Below are positions 25,570 through 36,538 of a stretch of DNA of 36,860 nucleotides, in pieces. The stretch comes from Octopus bimaculoides (Eukaryota). Below the pieces are notes generated by a model, which saw only the letters and a list, made by a program, of their open reading frames with translations, searched no databases and was not told the origin of the DNA. The stretch spans positions 18,783,916-18,820,775 of the forward strand of contig NC_069002.1 of assembly GCF_001194135.2 (NCBI RefSeq), written 5' to 3'. How positions within the stretch are numbered: the first letter of the stretch is position 1; the number at the start of each line of letters is the position of its first letter. The translations under genes were made by a program, and so were the position numbers.

Positions 25570-25895
25570 TAGTAAAGGCATCGCTGTGCTGTCAAGAAGC
25601 TTGCTTTCTAACCATGTGGCTTCAAGGTCTCATCTACTTTATCCTTCACCGATCGATGGCTTGTGAGTGAATTTGGTTGATGGAAATTGTAGGTGTTTCT
25701 CTCTTCCAACCACTTGACCACTGGTGTTGGTTTGAACACATCCCCGTGATTTAGAGGTTCAGTAACAGAGACTGAATGATGACCTGACTTATAAAATAAA
25801 TGCCAGTGTCGATTCGTTCGAGTAAAACCCTTCAGTGCAGTACTCCAGCATGGCCGCAGTCCACTGACTGAAACAAGAAAGCGATAAAAGTTAAA
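25570..25895 (+). mobile_element. tRNA-derived SINE-like family B, near full length
   Basis: tRNA-like head (ggcatcgctgtgctgtcaagaagcttgctttctaacc...) and 3' end ccagcatggccgcagtccactgactgaaacaag, shared with three other copies. Confidence 0.7.
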
Positions 25896-26329
25896 GTTAA
25901 AATGTAGTCAATTTAAATTATCTTCACAAACAATATAATCCAGTCAATGTCCAAACTGAGGTTTTAATTCAAAGAGTGCGATCAAAACCTGACAAAACAA
26001 AACAAGACAACCTTTACATTTTTGCTTGCAAGAGTACGTCTCTATTTTCATTCCATGAGGATAATATGCTTTACAATGAACTATAACATTCTTCGATATA
26101 ACAGGCTTTTTTCCGGCGAAAATATTCGGGAAGACAAGTATTTTTATGGTTATTAAATTATTAAACTTTAAGTATTAAAAATTACACTAGCTCTGGAGAT
26201 TAACGAATTAATGAATACATAAGATTGGATTTTCTGGGAAGCAGAGATAAATTTTTCAGTTGCCCAAGTTAAAATTATGAAGCTATTTATTAAAATGACA
26301 ACCCAACAATAGAATCAAAATGGTCGCAC

Positions 26330-26850
26330 TAAAAAGAATGCTTTAAAACAACAATGGGAGAATAATTTCATCTTTATTGCAAACGATGGGAAGATGGCGT
26401 ATTTAATCTGTCACACAGCAGTAATTAGTTAAAAGCCAGCTAATTAAAGCGTAAACACGAATCTAATCCTAAACATTCACATCCGAATTATCTCAATCAG
26501 CCAACTAAATATGTTCTTCCTTGGCAAACCAAGTAATTGGACTGTTTAAGCCTCTTATAGCTTAGAATATTGTTGGAAGAAAGCTTGTTTACATCGTGGA
26601 AAATTGCTACAGAAGAATGTTAATGTTGTTATTGCATTTGCCACTACTGAGAACTCCAATAAGCTGTGGGACTTTTGGTTACCTCCTGCCAAGCTAGGAG
26701 TATTTCTGAAATTGGTGCCACTACTGACGTGCTTGCGGCAGATCCCTTTGAAAGTCGTGAGGGCTTTAATTTAACATGGATCGAACTAGAGATAAAGAAA
26801 CTAGTTGCATTTGTTGGTGAGAGTACAAAAGATGGAAGAAGAAATTTCAG
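26330..26850 (+). pseudogene. Degenerate hAT (Charlie/SPIN-like) transposase relic
   Basis: The peptide KECF/KQQWENNFIFIANDGKMAYLICHTAVI resembles the N-terminal BED-finger region of SPIN/Charlie transposases. The later WIELEIKKLVAFVG resembles their 'W.KLV...TDGA' region. Many stops and frameshifts. Confidence 0.5.
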
Positions 26851-26888
26851 ACTTGATAAACACCGGTTGTCAAGCGTTAGTAGGAGAC

Positions 26889-26891
<3 letters not shown>

Positions 26892-26980
<89 letters not shown>

Positions 26981-27088
26981 CGCACGCACACACACGCACG
27001 CACACACACACGCACACACACATATATATATATACATATATATATAGATGGATAGATAGATATGTAGATAGATTGATAGATAGATAGA
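26892..27088. repeat. (CA)n, (TA) and (GATA) microsatellite
   Basis: Directly visible. Confidence 0.95.
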
Positions 27089-27091
27089 CAC

Positions 27092-27176
27092 TTAGTCTCT
27101 ATCCATCCACTGTGCAGAACGTTTGCTATTGTTGAAAAGACTCCACTTTTCATCACACATAACAATACGATGCAAG
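27092..27176 (-). pseudogene. Mariner transposase fragment (first catalytic Asp motif)
   Basis: Translates as LHRIVMCDEKWSLFNNSKRSAQWMDRD*, matching the mariner RIVTCDEKW...RKRSAQWLD motif. Confidence 0.8.
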
Positions 27177-27276
27177 ACATGGTTATATATATAAGACAGA
27201 ATGGGACAAGAACACAAAACATCCAGACAGTTAGGTGATACAAGAAAGGGACAAAGCATCCAGGTGATATATATAC

Positions 27277-28400
27277 ACTTCTAGCAACGTCATTTACTGC
27301 ATTTCCTGCTCTTTCTGTCCTTCTCTGTACATCGGTCAGACGGGACGCCGCTTGGCTGACCGATTCGCGGAGCACCTCCGAGACGTTAGACTCGGCAACG
27401 ACGCCCCGGTCTCGCGCCATTTCCGCTCTACCGGTCATTCATTACAATAACTGTGAACAGAAATTAATCTTCTCTCTTCGCTCCTTTGCGCCATATGGGC
27501 TTAAATCCCCTCCCCTCATCATCTGACTCCCCTCCTCTCTCCTCTCTTCATCTCACACCTACTTCCTTTCTTCACTCCCACCTCTCCTCTCTTGCCCTGA
27601 CACCTACTTCCTCTCTTGACTCCTACCCACCTTCTCCCTTCCACCCTCTACCTTCATCTTTACTCCATCCATCCACACCCCGACCTACACATCCCAACCC
27701 TACCATCCCAACACATCCCAATCCTACTACCGAACCCCACCCCACACATCCCACTCATACATACCCCACATCTACCCCAGACACTCATCCAACCCACACC
27801 CCACCCTCACATCCCCACACTCTACTCTCGCATCCCCCACACCCCAACATCACTACACAACACACCACCACACCACACCACGACACGACACCACACCACA
27901 CCATCACACCACAACACAACACACAACACACCACACATCACCACACCACACCACTACACCAGATCATGCCGCACCACACCATATCACAGCACTCCGCACG
28001 AGCACTGTTCACTTCCCAGCACCCAAACCAACATGCACACACCTACACACGCACACATCCACACGTCAAACGCAACCAGCCCCAATCCGCACGCACACAC
28101 TTGCACACTCTCACATGCAGACGCACGTGCACCTTCGTTTTGGGATCACCACTACTTTACTATCTCCCCTTCTTCCTAGCTCTCCTGTTTGACGACCTCC
28201 GTCCAGCCATGATAGACCGCTAGCCACTAAAGCTTTTTTATTTTCTCTCTGTTTATTTTCTTGTGTTCTTTTCTGTTGAAGAGCGTAGGCGCGAAACGTA
28301 AAAGACTTTCTCACCTTCCCGAGCGTTAAGCTAATACATCTGTTTGTTGTTTATACACCTGTCTTCGTGTACTGTTTTTTTTTTGTAAATTCCAAGTACA
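27277..28400 (+). mobile_element. Penelope-like element 3' end: GIY-YIG endonuclease remnant, C/A-rich spacer and LTR-like segment
   Basis: 27277-27441 translates as TSSNVIYCISCSFCPSLYIGQTGRRLADRFAEHLRDVRLGNDAPVSRHFRSTGHS. After a deletion and frameshift comes CEQKLIFSLRSFAPYGL, the typical PLE C-terminus. A hammerhead-like motif lies at 28268-28305. Confidence 0.85.
28268..28305 (+). ncRNA. Degenerate minimal hammerhead ribozyme
   Basis: CUUUU-CUGUUGA-A-GAGC(GUAG)GCGC-GAAAC-GUA-AAAG. There is one core substitution (A6->U) and one stem II mismatch, so it is probably inactive. Confidence 0.5.
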
Positions 28401-28896
28401 GATAAAACTAAATTATCTCATCATGTATATGTAGTACACACCTGCACGCACGCACACACATAATTCAGCGTATGTGCTGCATACACATATTTCCAAACAA
28501 TTCTTCAGTAGTCCACTTTAGTAAAGAGCGCCACCAGCACGAAGACACGGCGATGAAGATGACAACAACAAAAAGAACAACAGCACTAATATCACCATGC
28601 TCAATGACATTCCAGTAACACATCGACATGAATATATCACGGAAAACAAGTTCCCTAGCAACTTGCAATAGAATCCAATAATAAAGAGTACAGTAATGAC
28701 GACATCAACAAACGATGAAACATTACATCGAGAAAAAGACATCATAAATAACAACATCCACAGCAGCAGCAAAAGCTGCAGCAACTGCTAAAATAATGTC
28801 AGCTACAAAAAAAAAAAATGGTGATAACAGAAAGAGCCACGACTAAATGTTTCCGATAATCACAAAACTCTTCTCTCCAGTGTCTTTTTTACTGAC

Positions 28897-29045
28897 CTAA
28901 ATTTAATTGTGGAATTTGTGTCAATGGTAGACATAACAAGATGGACTCTAGTAGATGTAAAAGCATGTTGTCTATCTGGAAATGTTGGATCAAATGACTT
29001 GTCAATACTTTTGCTATAATATTCAGATGTATTGAAGAATTTAAT
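28897..29045 (-). CDS. Candidate exon of an unidentified gene (IKFFNTSEYYSKSIDKSFDPTFPDRQHAFTSTRVHLVMSTIDTNSTIKF)
   Basis: Stop-free, non-repetitive frame with donor AG|GTCAGT at 28897 and a T-rich acceptor ending ccaaAG. No homology recognised. Confidence 0.25.
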
Positions 29046-29348
29046 CTTTGGAAAGTCATTTTCAAAAAAACAAACAAATGCCTATCCTCAGTTTTGTTGT
29101 GGAGCGTAAAACAAAGAAATATTAGCTCTGTTACCCCCTCCCATGACAATTAATTCACATTTCTATAAACTTACGTTTTTGATAGTTTGTTGCTAACGTA
29201 AACACACACCTGTTTCATTGAATTTAGGAATTTACTTTACAGTATAAATATTCATGTTGCTGTTACAGTTGTTGCTGAATAGTTACTCTTTTCTTTTTCC
29301 TTAAAATTTTTTCCAGAGCAGATTCAATTTGAGCGGGTATGTATGTAC

Positions 29349-29569
29349 TTAATGAGAGAGTCGGAGAACACCAGAATCTTTATTGATCACTACAATCGTT
29401 TCCACCCATCTAGCATGGAGCCGTCGCGGATGGTATACTGCAGAACTAGTTTAGGTGTATCCATCAATGTAGATTTGTCTCCTCGGGTGATTTCAAGAGA
29501 GATCGATGCTACATGGGTCGAAACGATTGTAGTGATTAATAAAGATTTTCGTATCTCCCGTCTCATTAA
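29349..29569. repeat. Long imperfect inverted repeat (MITE-like or inverted PLE-LTR pair)
   Basis: 29375-29419 and the reverse complement of 29503-29547 match at 41/45. The outer ends are ttaatgaga / tctcattaa. Confidence 0.75.
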
Positions 29570-29867
29570 TTACACACTCAACGGACATTGAGCCAATGAG
29601 CGTGCTTCACTGTCAAACTACTAGGTCTATACTATACGGTTTATTGACTATTATATANNNNNNNNNNNNNNNNNNNNNNNNNNNNNNNNNNNNNNNNNNN
29701 NNNNNNNNNNNNNNNNNNNNNNNNNNNNNNNNNNNNNNNNNNNNNNNNNNNNNNNNNNNNNNNNNNNNNNNNNNNNNNNNNNNNNNNNNNNNNNNNNNNN
29801 NNNNNNNNNNNNNNNNNNNNNNNNNNNNNNNNNNNNNNNNNNNNNNNNNNNNNNNNNNNNNNNNNNN

Positions 29868-29924
<57 letters not shown>

Positions 29925-30002
29925 ATATATAATTCTGGACTCCAATAGAAAATATATTTTGTTCCATTAAACCGACTACACTTAGTTTATCGAATCTTTA
30001 GG

Positions 30003-30092
30003 TTTACTAGAAGGTGAACGGTTAGAAAAGTGCTTTGTGGTATTTGTTCTGGCTCTTTAGATTCTGTGTTCAAATCCTGCACAGGTCAACCT
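30003..30092 (+). mobile_element. SINE head fragment (family A-related)
   Basis: ...ctctttagattctgtgttcaaatcctgcacaggtcaacctt. Confidence 0.5.
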
Positions 30093-30149
30093 TAATAATA
30101 TGAGATTGTTGTATACAGTGCTGAGGTGCTCTACAGCTGAAAAAAAAGT

Positions 30150-31060
30150 GGTAGCATCAGGTGTACTGGTGATGGATCTCAGGAAACATGGAAGTTTTGA
30201 TGGATGAAGTGTCTCGACAGCTAACGAATGATACAGGTAGTTTATTCCATGCTTCCAAAATTCTGAATGTGAAAAAAAAGTTTTTTCCGAAAGTCATGAG
30301 TGCTGTGTTTTTTGATTTTGTCAGCATGCCCACGAGTGTTTGACATCTGGATATTCGGTTTTGTTGCACGTTTCTGAACAGTTTCCAAGAAACTGATATG
30401 CCACGCAACATATGAGTTCCACACTGGTGATACAATTCTACGTCTGGACGTACCATTGTCATATACAGTTTTAAATAGATAGCTTGAGAGCTGTTAACAA
30501 AGGTCTTACTGTGTGATGCTAAGACACTCTCAGCTTTCTTGACAATCTTAGAGATATGGTTCGTCCAACGCAGATCGCTGTTTACAATAATACCCAGATC
30601 ACGTTCGCAAACAGATTTCTTAAGATTGGTGTTGTTGAGGGAGTATGTTAAAGCTGCCCCCCCCCCCACCACCACCACTACAAAGTCATAGTGACGCACT
30701 TATCCACAGCTATCTTGAGTCATCAGTCAGTAATCCATTGCTGAATTAGGTCCAGGTCTGATTGCCGGAAAGATCTATAGCGTATAGGATCTGTCCTTTT
30801 TATCTCAAGATAAAAAGCTTGATGTCATCTGCATATTTCAAAACTGTAACATTTTTCAACACTAACATTCAAATTGCCACCAATAATGGATCCCCGTGGT
30901 ACAGTAGGGGTCCAAGAACGGATCCCCGCAGTACACCAGATGCTGTCCTAGTATTGTAACTACCTCTTTTCGTTGCCTGTTATCCCTTCAGGGTTGGTAA
31001 AATATGTACCAATTGAGCTTTGAGTATCAAAATAATCGACTAACCATCTTCCCAAAATAT
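30150..31060 (-). mobile_element. CR1-group LINE ORF2 (RT and C-terminal) fragment, degenerate
   Basis: SGVLRGSVLGPLL (GVPQGS motif), LKYADDIKLF (YADD), ERDLGIIVNSDLRWTNHISKIVKKA, KLYMTMVRP, LETVQKRATK and FFTFRILEAWNKLP. Confidence 0.88.
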
Positions 31061-31797
31061 CAGGCCTTATCTCTATAACAGAAGCAATTATTGTTGTTGT
31101 TATTTTAAACAACGCTAGCAAAACGTGAAAGCCTTGCTGATTTTATACTGGTAAGTCCTTTCGATAAATCTCTCAATTTTCCGACTCATTCTTCTAAAAT
31201 TTAAACGTTTGCTCACCGACAATGTCAAGGCAAGTACGAAAATACTCAACTTCAAGTTTTGAGTGCGCAATGGACACTATGTCCTTTCAAAAAACTCTGC
31301 CTTGAATTTTTCCAGCATAGCTATAAATCTTTTTCAGTCAATGTAGTTGTAGGCACAGGAGAAAATGTACTTAGATTGACTACTACCCTGTCGCTCAGAC
31401 AATCAAGTGCCACACCTGCTAGAAAGGAATGCGACTTGACTATTGCTGAAGCCAAGCCTAAAGAGACACTTCGGTGAGTTTATACAAAGAGCCAACAACA
31501 ATAACCATGACAATAAAAGCAACTGCAAAAAAAAAAAAACCAAGAGCAGAATCGACCAATCTAAGACAGTCAGCACTCTCACCACCACCATTACTCTCAG
31601 GAATAACAATAACAATAATAACAATGCGAACAAGAACGATGGTATCGAAAACAATAACAGCAATTGTAAAATCTAGAAAAGCAACATGAAATCTCCTGCA
31701 AGAGCATCCTCAGAATCAAGCTTTTGCTGACGTAATACAAACATGGATTCATTTAGAAGAGAATACGGAGTTCAGTTTAAAACTCATTGCCTAGCTA

Positions 31798-31846
31798 GGC
31801 CGGATTTAACAAGGCCGGATTTAACAAGGCCGGATTTAACAAGGCC
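31798..31846. repeat. Perfect 15-bp tandem repeat (GGCCGGATTTAACAA)x3 plus GGCC
   Basis: Directly visible. Confidence 0.95.
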
Positions 31847-31859
31847 TTCCCCAGAAATC

Positions 31860-32480
31860 GACTGAAAAAATGAAATAAGACCTCTCGTCTGTAAATATGT
31901 CAACAAGAAAAACAGAAGGGTTGATATTCCAACACCAGGACAAGCACAGAAATGCTTGAAGGACATGTGGGGTAGGTATGGTATCGTAGAAAAGGAAGAC
32001 TGTTTCGAAGTATAGAAGTACTCTGCTTTGATGAAAAAGAGGGTGTAAATATATCCACGAATATCTGCTTCGCCTAGAAACATGTAATCGGAGCCTTGTA
32101 ATTAGAGAAACGTCTAGGTAAGGCGACACTAAACAATGTGCCATCTAAAATAAACTTTCATTATTTTAAAATAACTTTGGAAGAGTACGGAGAGATAGTG
32201 AATGTGAGAAAGACTTCATACAAAATGTAGTACGAAATGCAAGGTGAGGTACAAATGCTGCTCAATTCCAGAAGACGCCGCACAGAATATCCACGAATGC
32301 ATTCAGTTGGAGAATGGAGAAATTGTAAAAGTTGTGGTTGAAAGTCGGAGGGCAAGGTGTTACTCTTGTGAAAGCACAGAACACCAGAAGGCCTTCTGTT
32401 CTCAGTTGAAAAGAACAAAACCAAATTTGGTGTCTACGCCACAGCTACATCAACAATTCCAATATCAGCATCAAAAACTA
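31860..32480 (+). mobile_element. L1/Tx1-type ORF1 (gag-like) fragment with RRM-like region and CCHC zinc knuckle
   Basis: TLNNVPSKINFHYFKITLEEYGEIVNVRK, then IQLENGEIVKVVVESRRARCYSCESTEHQKAFC, a perfect CX2CX4HX4C. Frameshifted. Confidence 0.72.
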
Positions 32481-32494
32481 CAAAAACGTGTTTA

Positions 32495-32695
32495 AAACAC
32501 ACGCGCGCATGCGTGCGTGCACACGCAAATACAAACACACTCACAAACACAAACACACACACATACACACGCACACAAACACAAACACACTCACACGCAC
32601 AAGCACAAACACACACACTCACACATACACACGCACACAAGCACAAATACACACGTGCACACAAGCACAAACACACACACACACACACACACACT
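32495..32695. repeat. Compound (CA)/(CACAAA) microsatellite
   Basis: Directly visible. Confidence 0.9.
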
Positions 32696-33199
32696 AGTAG
32701 TCACGAGAAATCCCTCAAAACAGGGTGAAAGGCCAAAGCCACACCAGAAAAACCTAAACGGAGACGATGTCACTTAAGAATCAGTATTACACTCTACTTT
32801 TTCTTTTTTCTTTCTTTTAACTCGTCTGAAATGGAGATATGACGTCAATTGTAACATTAACATCTTCATTTTCAACGATTCAGTCATCTGTGTTCTCTTC
32901 TTCTTTTCCTGTTTGTAAGAAAATCCCACTTGCATTCGGCTTCAGCGTTTGGTAGTGGTGGTGAGCTTCTATTTTTGATCCCATATATGGTTACAGCTCT
33001 TTTACGTTTATACAAAACCAAAATGTTTGAGGAAAATTCTAATGTATTTTTGCAGCAATCTTATCCTGCGTATAGTATTTGTCATTTTCATATCGCTGTG
33101 GATATTCCGATATATGAGCAATAGTCTCACTTGAGCCATCGCGCACTCTTCGTTTATTTGCGCAGACATGCTCACATCTGTCATCCTGCTGATGATAGA

Positions 33200-33417
33200 T
33201 TTCGCAGAATCGTTAGTATGCCGTGCAAAACGCTCAGCGGCATTTCGTCTGTCTTTACGTTCTGAGTTTAAATTCCGCCGAGGTTGACTTTACCCTTCAT
33301 CCTTTCGGTGTTAATAAATTAAGTACCAGTCATGTAACCAGGGCAGATGTAATCGATTTCCCCCTCCCCCAAATTCAAGCCTTGTGCCTTTGGTAGAAAG
33401 GATTATTGTTATTAATA
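33200..33417 (+). mobile_element. SINE family A, near full length
   Basis: gcagaatcgttagtatgccg...gagtttaaattccgccgaggttgactttacccttcatcctttcgg...gccttgtgcctttggtagaaaggattatt. Confidence 0.92.
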
Positions 33418-33690
33418 TTTCGGTTTGACTCAGGTTCGGTCTTATTCCTGTTAGGATTGATGTGTGTAGCGGGTTACTACCTGTAACTTTAGGTCTCCAC
33501 AAGCTTTTAGTAGTCTTTCAAGGGCTAAGAACCTTCCTGATAACACTTGCTGTCCATTGGAGACAAACTTTCTGTAGAAGCTCTATCGAGCATTCTATTT
33601 TAATCTCCTTCAGGCATTTGTTTATATCTTTGCTTACTGTTCCCAGCGCACCAATTATTATAGGCATGACCTTTAAAATTTTCCCTCTCT
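33418..33690 (-). mobile_element. R4/Dong-type element 3' end (C-terminus, 3' UTR and AAT tail)
   Basis: Translates as LKVMPIIIGALGTVSKDINKCLKEIKIECSIELLQKVCLQWTASVIRKVLSP*, followed by a short UTR ending in aatattaataacaataat. Confidence 0.85.
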
Positions 33691-33845
33691 AAATACTTCA
33701 TATTTCAAAATTAAAGGGGTTACTATTAATATATAACTGTTCAATATTTGGTAGATTGAGACAAATTTATACTGCATCACCTACTACACTTCTGTGTTAC
33801 TGGGGTGTTTGCAACATTGTGTGTTCTTTACTGCTGTTGGGGGTG

Positions 33846-33847
<2 letters not shown>

Positions 33848-33906
<59 letters not shown>
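33848..33906. repeat. (ATT)n microsatellite
   Basis: Directly visible. Confidence 0.95.
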
Positions 33907-33909
<3 letters not shown>

Positions 33910-34095
33910 TCCGCCTTAGCGAAGGCGGAGCTATTGCTTTCTGTTGTGTTTGTCTATCTGTTTGTCCGTGGACAAAATATCTCAAGAACCTCTTGATGGA
34001 TTCCAAAGAAACTTTCAGGGATATTTGGCCTCGCGACTGGCACTACCTGATTGGATTTGGGGATCAGTCCGGCACTGGACAAGGATTCTAGATTA
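33905..34095 (+). mobile_element. Helentron-associated (HINE/DINE-1-like) non-autonomous element, truncated
   Basis: Starts ttacctccgcc with a 9-bp hairpin (ctccgcctt/aaggcggag), then a short (CTGT)-type microsatellite and a caaaatatctcaagaac...gatggatt block. This layout is characteristic of such elements. Confidence 0.55.
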
Positions 34096-34189
34096 ATTGT
34101 TATATTTACTTTACATGATTACGATCTTACGTTGACTTTCAAGTCTTTCTCAATTATCTCCCTTTAGGCTGTTTCCAAAGTTTTATTTT

Positions 34190-34405
34190 CGTTTCCCTAT
34201 TATCAATTGTACACGTGTTTTTATATTGTTCAATTCTTTAGTCATATCTCTTAACTTTTGTCGCTTTAGCCGGCAGCCTTTGTTTCAGTTCTTCAAGGAT
34301 TACCTCTATCCCCGCTTTTTGATCCTGTAAGTACGTTCTAGTTCCTGATATTTCTCTTTCTTTCTGATTTCTCATGGTTTCTGAAAACACCTGATTTTTT
34401 TACCT
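34190..34405 (-). mobile_element. R4/Dong-type N-terminal-region fragment
   Basis: KYQELERTYRIK/GIEVILEELKQRLPAKATKVKRYD*RIEQYK resembles the conserved EELKQR..AK..K.KRY region upstream of the RT in R4/Dong ORFs. Its 5' junction is at (AAT)n. Confidence 0.7.
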
Positions 34406-34415
34406 TATTATTATT

Positions 34416-34480
<65 letters not shown>

Positions 34481-34495
34481 TAATATTATTATTAC
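34405..34495. repeat. (ATT)(CAT)n(ATT) microsatellite
   Basis: Directly visible. Confidence 0.95.
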
Positions 34496-35198
34496 TAGAG
34501 AAACAATGATGATTTTAATGAAAAGATATTTTAACAGAGAAGTAATTGTTGAAAATTAGAGAAGAAAGCGCAATAAGAAAAAAAGAGAGGAAGGAAGAGG
34601 ATGGGCGGGTGAAGTAAAAGTGGAGGACGATTTGACCTTCACAAAATGGCTAAAGTCACACACAACAGAATCGACAATCTACTCGAGAACACAATTAACC
34701 GATCAATAAAACCTACAATGCTGTCAAGACAACACGTGTCCCTTTGACCTACAAGAAATAGTAGCCAAATCTCAAACAAGCTACTGTAATAAATGGACAC
34801 ATTGAGGAACGTATTTTTGAAAATGAAATCCAAAACCGATGGGATGGTCGCGGCTTGAAGGTTTTTATTTGTTTTATTATAAATGTTCTTGTTTATCAAC
34901 GAGTTATTGTTAAACAGCAGGAGAGCAGGAATTTCAATTATACACACAACAGGTGATTTGACAAAAGGCAAGGATTAGGTAATGCCATTTTAACAACGTC
35001 ATTGTATTCCACAGTAAACAATTGTTTCGAAAATACTAGAGAACGTACACACTGGCACAATAGTAGCCATTTACATTTAGAATTAAAAACAGACACAAAC
35101 ATAATGTGTGTGTGTGCATCAGTTTGTGTGTGTATAATTTTGTGCGAGGATATGTATATCTACATAAATATATATGCATATCAGCTAGGGTGTGTGTG

Positions 35199-35199
<1 letters not shown>

Positions 35200-35239
<40 letters not shown>

Positions 35240-35542
35240 NNNNNNNNNNNNNNNNNNNNNNNNNNNNNNNNNNNNNNNNNNNNNNNNNNNNNNNNNNNNN
35301 NNNNNNNNNNNNNNNNNNNNNNNNNNNNNNNNNNNNNNNNNNNNNNNNNNNNNNNNNNNNNNNNNNNNNNNNNNNNNNNNNNNNNNNNNNNNNNNNNNNN
35401 NNNNNNNNNNNNNNNNNNNNNNNNNNNNNNNNNNNNNNNNNNNNNNNNNNNNNNNNNNNNNNNNNNNNNNNNNNNNNNNNNNNNNNNNNNNNNNNNNNNN
35501 NNNNNNNNNNNNNNNNNNNNNNNNNNNNNNNNNNNNNNNNNN

Positions 35543-35596
<54 letters not shown>

Positions 35597-35605
35597 ACAT
35601 ATATG
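35200..35605. repeat. (TA)n, gap and (CA)n microsatellite
   Basis: Visible on both sides of the N block. The same TA-gap-CA layout occurs at 29650-29925. Confidence 0.85.
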
Positions 35606-35923
35606 TATAACCTGGACAAGCCTTTGCCCATTTTAGCGTTACAATTGCTCTCGGTATAGCGTTGAGTCATTCTACGCGGCACATTTTAGCCTTCTATATA
35701 GCACTGGGCAGACTAATATCTTCTGATTGGATTCGTGGAGGAAAATTGTGAAGTCCGTCTGCATGTTCGTGCATACGTGTGCACGCACACGCGTGTATCT
35801 ATCTATCTGTCTATCTATCTATCTATAGTAAAAATATTAATAATCGGAGGATGGAATTTACAAGTATTGTGATGAATCGCTACGCGTAGAGATGCATTGA
35901 AATATTTATAAATTCCATGCTTC

Positions 35924-36295
<372 letters not shown>

Positions 36296-36314
36296 TCTTC
36301 TTCTTCTTCTTCTT

Positions 36315-36538
36315 GCAGCAAGCTAGCAGAATCGTTAGCATGCCGGGCGATATGCTTAGCGACATTTCGTCTACCACTACGTTCTGAGTTCAAATTCGGC
36401 CGAGGTCGACTTTGCCTTTTATCTTTCCTGGGTCGATGAATTTAGTACCAGCGAAACATTCACGTTGATGTAATCGACTAGTCTCCTCCCCCAAATTTCA
36501 GGCATTGTGCCTGTAGTAGAGAGGATTATTATTATTAT
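36315..36538 (+). mobile_element. SINE family A, full length, head-to-tail with the previous copy
   Basis: agctagcagaatcgttagcatgccgggcg...aaatttcaggcattgtgcctgtagtagagaggattattattatt. Confidence 0.92.

Noticed and set aside
26644-27438. 264-aa minus-strand ORF
   Set aside because: It is a chimera of antisense GIY-YIG sequence, a (TG)n tract and antisense hAT relic. The meaningful frames are different.
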